32,000 bases of DNA from Desulfobulbus propionicus DSM 2032 (GTDB lineage: Bacteria; Desulfobacterota; Desulfobulbia; Desulfobulbales; Desulfobulbaceae), in the NCBI RefSeq assembly GCF_000186885.1, contig NC_014972.1:3600001-3632000 (forward strand), written 5' to 3'. This document shows, in pieces, positions 17,816 through 25,934 of this stretch. The stretch's first letter is position 1. Every line of letters begins with the position of its first letter. The position numbers were made by a program, and so were the translations under genes. The notes beneath the pieces are model-generated. The model had not been told where the DNA came from, made no database searches, and saw only the letters and a program-made list of their open reading frames with translations.

Positions 17816-18892
17816 TTGTTCATTTTTTATGTATGTTCAAAATTAATGAACACTGATAAAAATGAACATAACCATGAAGGCGGTATCGCTATCCTTCGTC
17901 AAGCGATGGAAGCTTTGGCGGAGTTGGTCCATTTCCAATACGAGGTGGAGCCGACTCGCGATCATGTCGACGAACGGTACGATTGTATCATTCGGGTTAA
18001 AAATTACGATACGGAACTCCGGTGGTGTGTTGAAGTGAAAAATCGGCTCACAAAAGGGGACGAGCTTAAAGCTCTCCGCTGGAAGGAGAACGCAAAATAT
18101 CCTCTTCTGTTGGCAACCAAATACATTCCTCCCCAGGCGGCATTTAGATTGAGAGAAAATGGCATCCAATTCGTTGATACGGTTGGCAATGCTTTTATCA
18201 ATCAACCACCGCTGTTCATCTTTGTGCAAGGCAATAAACCGAAACCCGGAGAAATAGTGGCGGCGCCTGCTGCTCGTCTTTTTAAGGGGGTCGGTTTAAA
18301 AATCGTGTACCTCCTGTTGTGTCGACCGGAACTCGTTGTAAGGCCGTATAGAGAGCTGGCTGATATGGCAGGTGTCGCCTTGGGAACAGTGAACGTTACG
18401 GTGATGGAATTGATCAAGAAAGGCTTCATTCTCGATATGGGAAAGAAAGGGAAGAAGCTCTTGGATACAAAGACTCTCTTCGACCGCTGGATTGCGGCGT
18501 ACCCTGACAATCTCAAGCCGAAGTTATTGTTGGGACGATTCCGAGGTGATGGTGACTGGTGGAAGGATGCTCAGCTAGATCCCGTGTACGCTCAGTGCGG
18601 AGGAGAAGTTGCCGCAGCGAAACTGACCGGATATTTGAAACCAGGCGCGGTCACGCTATATGTCGATAAAAATCGTTTGCCTGAACTGGTAATCACAAAC
18701 AGGTTGAAAAAAGACCCACAAGGCAACGTTGAGATACTTCAACGATTCTGGCCACCAAAGAACGGTTTCGGTGAAGGTGATACCGTTCATCCGATCCTTG
18801 TCTATGCAGACCTACTCGCGCTAGGCGAACAACGAACCATGGAAACCGCACAGATTCTCTATGAGCGATATCTCGATAAATATTTCGAGTAG
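17816..18892 (+). CDS. AbiEi-like type IV toxin-antitoxin antitoxin protein with nuclease-fold-like N-terminus
   Basis: HTH-like VVRPYRELADMAGVALGTVNVTVMELIKKGFI plus downstream AbiEii-like nucleotidyltransferase; in-frame ATG alternative at 17849. Confidence 0.7.
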   Translation: MFIFYVCSKLMNTDKNEHNHEGGIAILRQAMEALAELVHFQYEVEPTRDHVDERYDCIIRVKNYDTELRWCVEVKNRLTKGDELKALRWKENAKYPLLLATKYIPPQAAFRLRENGIQFVDTVGNAFINQPPLFIFVQGNKPKPGEIVAAPAARLFKGVGLKIVYLLLCRPELVVRPYRELADMAGVALGTVNVTVMELIKKGFILDMGKKGKKLLDTKTLFDRWIAAYPDNLKPKLLLGRFRGDGDWWKDAQLDPVYAQCGGEVAAAKLTGYLKPGAVTLYVDKNRLPELVITNRLKKDPQGNVEILQRFWPPKNGFGEGDTVHPILVYADLLALGEQRTMETAQILYERYLDKYFE

Positions 18893-19734
18893 TATTGAAT
18901 CCGACAGGGTGGCCGTTCTCAGGAGTATCCAGGAAGTTGCTCAAGAACTTGGCATACATTTCATAGCGGTGGGAGCTTTTGCTCGTGACCTGATTTTCGA
19001 GCACTTTCATCGCATTCCAGCACCGCGATTGACGGAAGACATTGATATTGGTGTTGAGGTCGCAAGTTGGGAAGATTTCCATCGGTTGACAAGCATTTTG
19101 ATCGACCGCGGACTCTTTGCAGCGACAAGGGCCGCATCGATTCACCGACGTAACCAGTGCCGCCATCGTCGATATCGTACCCTATGGAAGGATAAGCGAT
19201 GAAATGAAACGGATAAGTTGGCCACCGGACCATGACATGGTCATGAGTATGCTCGGTTTTGAGGAGGCTTATCAATCTGCATTAACGGTACGTATCAACA
19301 ACGAACCTCCCTTAGATGTTCTGGTTCCATCAATACCGGCTTTGGCGCTTATGAAAATAATCTCTTGGGATGACGCGTACCCAAGGCGCGAGCGAGATGC
19401 TCAGGATCTTCTTTTCATCATGGAAAACTACGGAAACGCCGGGATTGAGGATGAACTGTACGATTCTCATGTGGATATGCTTACTGAAGAGAAATTTGAT
19501 ACCAGGCTTGCTTCAGTTCGAATCCTCGGGAGAGACATTGCGCGATTGGGTAGTCCGGAGACAATAAGGGCCGTAGAAGAAATTCTGACCTGTGAGACTG
19601 ATGAAGATAACGGTTTCAGAATGCTCTCGGATATGGCCAAAGGATCAATGCGTCAAGGGACCAGGTTTGTGGCTGCTCTACAACTCCTACGGAAACTCTT
19701 GCAAGGAATTCAAGAGAGCAAGCCGAAGGCGTGA
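18861..19734 (+). pseudogene. AbiEii-like nucleotidyltransferase toxin, disrupted by a single-nucleotide frameshift near 19113-19140
   Basis: Frame 1: FIAVGAFARDLIFEHF...LTEDIDIGVEVASWEDF; frame 2: HRFTDVTSAAIVDIVPYGRI...PSIPALALMKIISWDDAYPRRERDAQDLLFIM. Confidence 0.75.
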
Positions 19735-19849
19735 GCGGTCAAAATTAACTTTTCGTTTAACCTCTAGGGCTCACTCAAGGTTACCTTTCTCCGCGCGGAG
19801 ATTTTGAATTACCGCAGTGTCTGGCTTAGTGGAGGCAATGACTTATCGA

Positions 19850-19960
19850 TAAAAAAAATGCAGATGAATTCTGATGTCGTCGAGCGGTGTGTTATCGGTA
19901 GCGTAGAGGCGCGGCAGCTTGGCTAATCGTTTGGGGGGTGGAATGTTGTACATGTCCTGT
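19850..19960 (-). pseudogene. Remnant resembling a DUF2958-type plasmid/ICE protein
   Basis: Minus-strand reading QDMYNIPPPKRLAKLPRLYATDNTPLDDIRIHLHFFYR* without a complete gene around it. Confidence 0.4.
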
Positions 19961-20073
19961 ATCTCTTTGGATTGAGGCTCAAATTGATAGTTCCAATTGA
20001 TGGATTTATCTTAGAAACCTCAGTCGGGTTTGACAGGGCTATTTGATATCTCGCCGAAATAATAAGAAAATTT

Positions 20074-20497
20074 CTACGATCCGGGCTGTTCTGTTATCAG
20101 TTTTAACGCTGATATACCCTGAAAGTGTTTTGCATTGTGCGTGACCAACGGCACTTTATGGCGAAGAGTGCATGCTGCTATCCAAGCATCATTCGGGTCT
20201 ATAGGGTTACCGTTTCTATTTCTCTCTGAGACGAGACGAGACGAGACGACCATAACACCTTGCGATTTCATGATCATACGGAATAACGACAAAATTTCTT
20301 AGAGTCGTTTCAAGGCTGTTACGCTTAGTACTCCCCCAATTGGCTTTCTCGGCCCCGTAATACAGTTCACCGACAGTAATAAATGAAATAGCCAAAAGGC
20401 GACCGTGGCAATGCGGAGCATAAGCATGAGCAAGCGGAACGCCTTTCATCATGTACGAGACTATACAGGTATCGAGGATAATCTTAGCATCGCTCAT
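20074..20497 (-). pseudogene. vapC: PIN-domain toxin (VapC family), reading frame split at a (GAGAC)4 tandem repeat
   Basis: N-part IILDTCIVSYMMKG...ISFITVGELYYGAEKA...CYGRLVS; C-part ERNRNGNPIDPNDAWIAACTLRHKVPLVTHNAKHFQGISALKLI in another frame. Confidence 0.85.
20228..20247. repeat. Pentanucleotide tandem repeat (GAGAC)x4 inside vapC
   Basis: Four exact copies, confirmed against both overlapping ORF-track frames. Confidence 0.9.
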
Positions 20498-21483
20498 GAT
20501 TTTCCCGCACCTCCTTGTCGAGAATGCCTCAACACGTCGATTGCATCTTCAAATCCGTCGTCTGCTTCACCCGGCCACGTACCGAATAGCACCCCAACGT
20601 CGATCAACGGTTTAACATTTTGGGCAAACGCTAATTCATCAAGCGAGGGAGATTCCCAGAAGTCATTGGAAATCGGCGTTCCCAACGGAAGTAAATCCAT
20701 GGCTTCATTATCACGGTCCTCAAGCCGTTCTATGTCATGAATTTTAATGCTCGCTATTTTTTCGGTAACAGGGTCCTCTTTGGCCTCACCTACAATCCGT
20801 ACAAATTGAAGAATATTTTCTAATACCTCGTCTTTTTGATCTTCTTTAAATAAACAAAGTACGGGTTCGCCGACTGACGGATGTATGCGGCATCTGGTGC
20901 CGTGCTCTTTAAAATCCGCCATAAGAAGGCGACCTTCAATAGTCCGGATATTGGTCTGTGGTCCTTTGATTCTCTCTTGGATTCTATTAAATCCTTCAAA
21001 CGTAAAACTGGTTTCTAGCGGTGTTTTGCGGTTATTTAGTTTGAAAGCGATATTATCGATGCCTTGAGAAAATAGAACCCCAGCATCACGCCAAGCCATT
21101 AGTACACCCGTGTCATAGCCAGGCGGTAAAGAATCATCGGGATATTGGCAAAGATCTAAACCAGCTATCGCTTTTTCAATAATTTCTTGTCCAAAATCAA
21201 ATCCTGGAAGAGCATGTTGTGTTTGACATCGTTCAAATCCGAGAACCGCAGCTGGACTCCCATGAGTAAGCAATACTAAGTCCAGAGCCACTTCTTCTTT
21301 TATACTACCTGGCTGTCTCCCACGTTTTATGCTCTCTGACTCTCCCAGTAAAACCAACCCGGTTCGGTGCAATGCTTTGTTTAGATTGTTGAGGAATCGC
21401 AAGAGGTGTTGGACCGGAATTCGTCCAGGCCCGACAGCCTTACCATCGAAGCGGATTGTTAGATAAGGTTCATTGTCAATCAT
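20494..21483 (-). CDS. 329-aa protein overlapping vapC by 4 nt, with a VapB-like C-terminal tail
   Basis: C-terminus LAFAQNVKPLIDVGVLFGTWPGEADDGFEDAIDVLRHSR resembles the toxin-binding tail of small antitoxins; ATGA overlap. Confidence 0.65.
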   Translation of the reverse strand: MIDNEPYLTIRFDGKAVGPGRIPVQHLLRFLNNLNKALHRTGLVLLGESESIKRGRQPGSIKEEVALDLVLLTHGSPAAVLGFERCQTQHALPGFDFGQEIIEKAIAGLDLCQYPDDSLPPGYDTGVLMAWRDAGVLFSQGIDNIAFKLNNRKTPLETSFTFEGFNRIQERIKGPQTNIRTIEGRLLMADFKEHGTRCRIHPSVGEPVLCLFKEDQKDEVLENILQFVRIVGEAKEDPVTEKIASIKIHDIERLEDRDNEAMDLLPLGTPISNDFWESPSLDELAFAQNVKPLIDVGVLFGTWPGEADDGFEDAIDVLRHSRQGGAGKS

Positions 21484-21720
21484 GACGAACCTCCCTTGAA
21501 TGAATTCAGGGCACTGAACCTAGCTAGATTCGGGCACCGGAAAAATACGTATCTGGAATCGTTGTTGATGACTCAAATTAATATAACGAATCGACAGGCC
21601 AATATCACACTATTTTGACAGGATTTTTTCAACGTTATTCCCAGAGCCCGTTAGCATTCACTGGTTGTTGCAGGCTACCCGGCTCCCGAAAAAAATCATC
21701 TCGCTTGGTGCTCCAGGCCG

Positions 21721-22917
21721 TCAATTTGATACGTCATCGAACAGCTTTAATCCGCGCCTCCGTTCCGCGAACGGAACCAATCCTGAATCAACCAGCACCC
21801 GGTGTAATGGCACAATTCGCTTGGCATTGCTGTTTTTCAGCCGTTTATCACCACGGTCATTAACGTCAATGCACCAGGTTCCGTCTGTGTTGACAATGTC
21901 ATCACCGTCAAGCTGAGCAATCTCACTCTGGCGCATACCAGTGAAACAGGCAATTAAGGGTATCCAGAATTTCGACGGCTCGTCCGGTATTCTTGGCAGG
22001 TTCTCAATGATGACCTTGATGTCCGCGTCCGATACCGCAGGCCGTTCCGCGTCGTCACTCTTCTGGATTTTCAACACTGCCTTCTTGAACGGGTGGCTGT
22101 CGATCAGCGTATTGGTCACGGCCCAGTTAAAGAGTGTGGCAACATCGATCAGCCGCATGTTGACGGTCTTGACGGAGAGCAACTCATCCGCTGGCCGTTC
22201 AATCTCGATGATCTCGTCAATTGTCATGCCATGATATTCTTTCCGATTGATACACTTCGGCATCCGTTGCAGGCAGTCCCGATACCGGAGCTTGTCCTCG
22301 ACGCTGTACTGATCAATCGGCTTATCAGTGACAATCTCCATGAATCGGATCAAGTTTTTCTCAATGCCGCGCGCAATATCCTGTCCGCGCTGATCGGTGA
22401 CCTCTGTAATGTACAAACGGATCAGTTCGCTGAGTGGGATTCGCTGACTGGCCGATATAATAGGTGGGGTGAGTGGAATAGCTGCGGGTTCTGGTTCAGC
22501 CGTTGACGCGGACTGCTGTTCCTCGACGATTGCCGATTCAGCATTGTACACTTTATTCCAAAGCTCTTTTTCGCGGTCTCGAATGGTCGGTGGGGAATCT
22601 AACCTTTCTAATACGGTAAGCTCGACCAGCTGGCCGGTGGGATTTACACATGCCATCTCAGCTTTGAAATGGCTCAGGCGTAACGACTCGAATACCTGCT
22701 CGGCTGCGGCCACATACTGACGGCACCGGCGCAGGGCAACGGTCTTGCTCCGAGTCCGCAGCGATTTTTTCAGCTCAGTACGCTTGAAGATCGGCTGAAG
22801 GTCGGTGGGGATCCTCATGCGGAAGTAATAAATGGATTCTAAACTTTGGAAAAAATAGGCTGGATTGCGCATCTCGTCTCCTAAAATCAATGATTTGCGA
22901 GAAAACGTAATGCGCAA
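21721..22917 (-). pseudogene. Site-specific tyrosine recombinase (integrase), C-terminally truncated
   Basis: Box I arginine in IACFTGMRQSEIAQLDGDDI present; HxLRH/HTF and catalytic Tyr segment absent after RRRGLKLFDDVSN*; located beside tRNA-Leu. Confidence 0.8.
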
Positions 22918-22925
22918 AAATGTGT

Positions 22926-22956
22926 ACAGCCAAGATAATCGGATTATCTCGGCTGT
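22926..22956. promoter_or_regulatory. 31-bp near-perfect palindrome upstream of the integrase
   Basis: ACAGCCAAGATAATC-G-GATTATCTCGGCTGT, one mismatch in 15-bp arms. Confidence 0.6.
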
Positions 22957-22974
22957 TACATGTTGCTCGAAAAA

Positions 22975-23019
22975 AAAAGGATTTCAGAGTGTTATGAAAT
23001 AACCATCTGAAATCCTTTT
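22975..23019 (-). terminator. Rho-independent terminator downstream of tRNA-Leu
   Basis: AAAAGGATTTCAGA / TCTGAAATCCTTTT, 14-bp perfect arms, T run on the minus strand. Confidence 0.8.
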
Positions 23020-23024
23020 GTATA

Positions 23025-23110
23025 TGGTGCCGAAGGCGAGACTCGAACTCGCACGACCGTGGGCCACTACCCCCTCAAGATAGCGTGTCTACCAATTCCA
23101 CCACTTCGGC
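23025..23110 (-). tRNA. tRNA-Leu(GAG), CCA encoded
   Basis: GCCGAAG...CTATC TTGAGGG GGTAG anticodon arm, long variable arm, GAGTTCGAGTCTC T arm, CTTCGGCACCA. Confidence 0.95.
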
Positions 23111-23116
23111 AATATT

Positions 23117-23491
23117 TCACTGCTGACCGGATGCGTCTGCTTTCTCCTGAGGCGCTTGCGGCCCTGCTGCTTTTTCGGCTGGCAACGGCACCGCAACCGG
23201 TTGTTGCTGCGCCGGAATCTGCTGCTCTTGGACCTTGAGATCACTCATCACCGAGCCAGAGCTCTTATTGGCGGACAGATAGGCCAAGGTGACCGAGGTT
23301 CCCATGAACACGATGGCCGCCAACGTGGTGATTTTGTTCAACAGCGGCACAGGCCCCTCGGTACCAAAAAGCGACTGGCTCGAACCGCCGAACGACGCCC
23401 CAATGTCCGCACCTTTCCCGTGCTGCAACAACACGATGCAGATCAGAAACAGGCAGACAATGACATGAACGACAATGAGTATAGTTGTCAT
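23117..23491 (-). CDS. secG: Preprotein translocase subunit SecG
   Basis: Two TMs with IVLLQHGKGADIGASFGGSSQSLFG. Confidence 0.95.
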   Translation of the reverse strand: MTTILIVVHVIVCLFLICIVLLQHGKGADIGASFGGSSQSLFGTEGPVPLLNKITTLAAIVFMGTSVTLAYLSANKSSGSVMSDLKVQEQQIPAQQQPVAVPLPAEKAAGPQAPQEKADASGQQ

Positions 23492-24243
23492 CGAAATCGG
23501 GCAATCCGGTCAAACGATTCGGCCTTCAAGGCGGCGCCACCAACAAGCGCGCCATCGATATCCGGCTGCGCCATCAGGTCATCAATATTATCAGGTTTAA
23601 CCGAGCCACCATACAGTATCCTCACCGTTTCGGCAACAGTTTTCTCGTACATGGCCGCCAGTAATTGACGGAGAAAAGCATGCACCTCCTGCGCCTGCTC
23701 CTTGCTGGCCGTCTTGCCGGTACCAATGGCCCAGACCGGCTCGTAGGCAAGCACCACGCACTCCATCTGCGCACTGTTCACGGCCTGCAACCCTTCGCGC
23801 ACCTGGGTGTCGAGCACGGCAAAGGTCTTGCCGGCCTCACGATCCGCCAGTGTTTCGCCAATGCACAGGATCGGTCGAATATCGCCATCGAGGGCGCCGT
23901 GCAGGCGACGATTGATCATGGCGTTATCCTCGCCGAAGATATGTCGTCGCTCGGAATGACCGATAATCGCCAGGCTCACCCCCAGATCCTTGAGCATGGG
24001 CGAAGAAATTTCACCGGTATAGGCGCCCTCCCTGTCCCAGGCAATATTTTGCGCCCCAACTTGCAGGCCGGAGCCCTTGACCGCCGCGCAGACCGCGGCC
24101 AACGAGGTGAAGGACGGGGCAATCATGATGTCGCGGTCCGGGCAGGCGGCGCAGGTAGGTGCCACGGCCTGAGCCAATTGCACCGCCTCGGCGAGGGTCA
24201 GATGCATCTTCCAATTGCCTGCGATAAAAGGACGCCTCTCCAT
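23488..24243 (-). CDS. tpiA: Triosephosphate isomerase
   Basis: RRPFIAGNWKMH, AIIGHSERR, VLAYEPVWAIGTGKTA, YGGSVKPDN; start set at MERRPF (track ORF opens at 24270). Confidence 0.97.
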   Translation of the reverse strand: MERRPFIAGNWKMHLTLAEAVQLAQAVAPTCAACPDRDIMIAPSFTSLAAVCAAVKGSGLQVGAQNIAWDREGAYTGEISSPMLKDLGVSLAIIGHSERRHIFGEDNAMINRRLHGALDGDIRPILCIGETLADREAGKTFAVLDTQVREGLQAVNSAQMECVVLAYEPVWAIGTGKTASKEQAQEVHAFLRQLLAAMYEKTVAETVRILYGGSVKPDNIDDLMAQPDIDGALVGGAALKAESFDRIARFR

Positions 24244-24302
24244 GGAAATCTCCTTATTCTGAGCTGTCACTCTTGGGAACTTGTGATCCGTTTGTGGTCG
24301 TG

Positions 24303-25478
24303 TCAGTCCAGCGCCTTGATCCCCGGTAGCACCTTGCCTTCCATCAATTCGAGGAAGGCACCGCCGCCGGTCGACATGTAGGAAATGTTGCTGGCCTCGC
24401 CGGAAAGCGTGATGGCGGCGTTGGAATCACCGCCGCCGGTGACGCTCAGTGCATGCGAAGCAGCCACGGTATGGGCCAAGGCCATGGTACCCCGGGCAAA
24501 GGCATCCATCTCAAAAGCACCCATGGGACCGTTCCAGACGATGGTCTTGGCATCGGCCAGCACCTCGTTGAAACAGATCACCGAGGCTGGACCAATATCC
24601 AGGGCCATCCACCCTTCGGGAATATCCTGGATGGTCACTTGTTTGCAGATCGCGTCCGGCGCAAAACGATCGGCGACAATCACATCCACCGGCAGATAGA
24701 TGTTGATGTTCTTTTCCTTGGCCTGACGCAGCAGCTCGGCAGCCGTGCTCAACAAATCGTCCTCCACCTTGGAGGCGCCGACCGCGTACCCCTGGCTCTT
24801 GAGGAAGGTATTGGCCATGGCCCCGCCGATGATCATCTTGTCGACCCGCCCCAGCATGTTGCGCAGGGCCTCAAGCTTGCCCGACACCTTGGCGCCACCG
24901 ACAATGGCCACCAGCGGCCGCTGCGGGATTCCGATTGAGCGTTGGAAGTACTCCACTTCCTTCTGGAGAAGGAATCCGGCGGCCTTTTCAGCCACGTGCA
25001 GGGTGACACCCACCACCGAGGCGTGGGCCCGATGGGAGACGGCAAAGGCATCGTTGACATAGACATCGGCCAGCATGGCCAACTGCCGGGAAAATTCCGG
25101 GTCGTTTTTTTCTTCCTCGGGATGAAAGCGCAAATTCTCCAACATGAGGATCTCGCCATTTTTCACCTGCTCAACCGCCGTCACGACATCAGGACCAACG
25201 CAATCCGGGGCCAGCGGTATGGGTTGCCCCAGCAGGGCTGCGGTGTATGCCGCCACCGGGGCCAGGGAATATTTCTCCACCCGCTGTCCTTTTGGCCGTC
25301 CCATGTGGGTGCAGACAATGACCCGCGCCTTCTGTTCCAGCAGATAGCGCAATGTCGGCAATACGGTGCGAATACGCAGATCATCGGTGATCTCGCCCGC
25401 CTCGTTCATCGGCACGTTGAAATCAACCCGCACCAGCACCCTTTTTCCCGTCAGTTCAAGTTCTCGCAGTGTTTTCAT
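24303..25478 (-). CDS. pgk: Phosphoglycerate kinase
   Basis: RVLVRVDFNVPMN, HMGRPKG, GPMGAFE, STGGGAFLELMEGK. Confidence 0.98.
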   Translation of the reverse strand: MKTLRELELTGKRVLVRVDFNVPMNEAGEITDDLRIRTVLPTLRYLLEQKARVIVCTHMGRPKGQRVEKYSLAPVAAYTAALLGQPIPLAPDCVGPDVVTAVEQVKNGEILMLENLRFHPEEEKNDPEFSRQLAMLADVYVNDAFAVSHRAHASVVGVTLHVAEKAAGFLLQKEVEYFQRSIGIPQRPLVAIVGGAKVSGKLEALRNMLGRVDKMIIGGAMANTFLKSQGYAVGASKVEDDLLSTAAELLRQAKEKNINIYLPVDVIVADRFAPDAICKQVTIQDIPEGWMALDIGPASVICFNEVLADAKTIVWNGPMGAFEMDAFARGTMALAHTVAASHALSVTGGGDSNAAITLSGEASNISYMSTGGGAFLELMEGKVLPGIKALD

Positions 25479-25490
25479 GGATTATCCTCA

Positions 25491-25934
25491 TCATCGCGCG
25501 CGAAGATCCCGGCTCAACAGCAGGGCATCTTCAACCGGTTGACTGTAATAGTTTTTCCGCTGCCCCACCTGGCAAAACCCCGTCTTTGCATACAGGCGCA
25601 ATGCCGAAGCATTGGAACGGCGCACCTCAAGAAAGCAGGTTGTGCAACCTTGGCTTGCAAGCACGAACAGGCCCTGCGCCAGCAGCCCTTCTCCTACCCC
25701 CCGGCGCCGCCATCCGCGATCCACCACCAGGTGCAGCAACTCGCTCTCCGGAACGCAGGTTCGAAAAAAAACATAACCGCAGAGCTCGGCCCCGCATCGC
25801 GCCACCAACCCCAGCCCATTGCCCGCTTGTAGCTCGGCATGCAGTTGCTCCGGGCTCCAGGGCGCCGGCATGGCCTGCCGTTCAATCCGGGCGACCGCTT
25901 CCAGATCGCCCTCGCAGCATGGCTGGATCCTCAC
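25491..25934 (-). CDS. rimI: Ribosomal-protein-alanine N-acetyltransferase
   Basis: GNAT fold, ELLHLVVDRGWRRRGVGEGLL, FLEVRRSNASALRLYAKTGF. Confidence 0.9.
   Translation of the reverse strand: MRIQPCCEGDLEAVARIERQAMPAPWSPEQLHAELQAGNGLGLVARCGAELCGYVFFRTCVPESELLHLVVDRGWRRRGVGEGLLAQGLFVLASQGCTTCFLEVRRSNASALRLYAKTGFCQVGQRKNYYSQPVEDALLLSRDLRAR

Noticed and set aside
19105-19145. Programmed frameshift in the AbiEii-like toxin
   Set aside because: No slippery heptamer or obvious stimulatory structure; a simple one-base indel or sequencing error is more likely
21764-21779. Hairpin GTTCCG-CGAA-CGGAAC
   Set aside because: Lies inside the integrase coding sequence (VPFAERRR codons); short and plausibly coincidental
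24942-25832. 296-aa plus-strand ORF and 23665-24381 (238 aa)
   Set aside because: Antisense to pgk/rimI and tpiA
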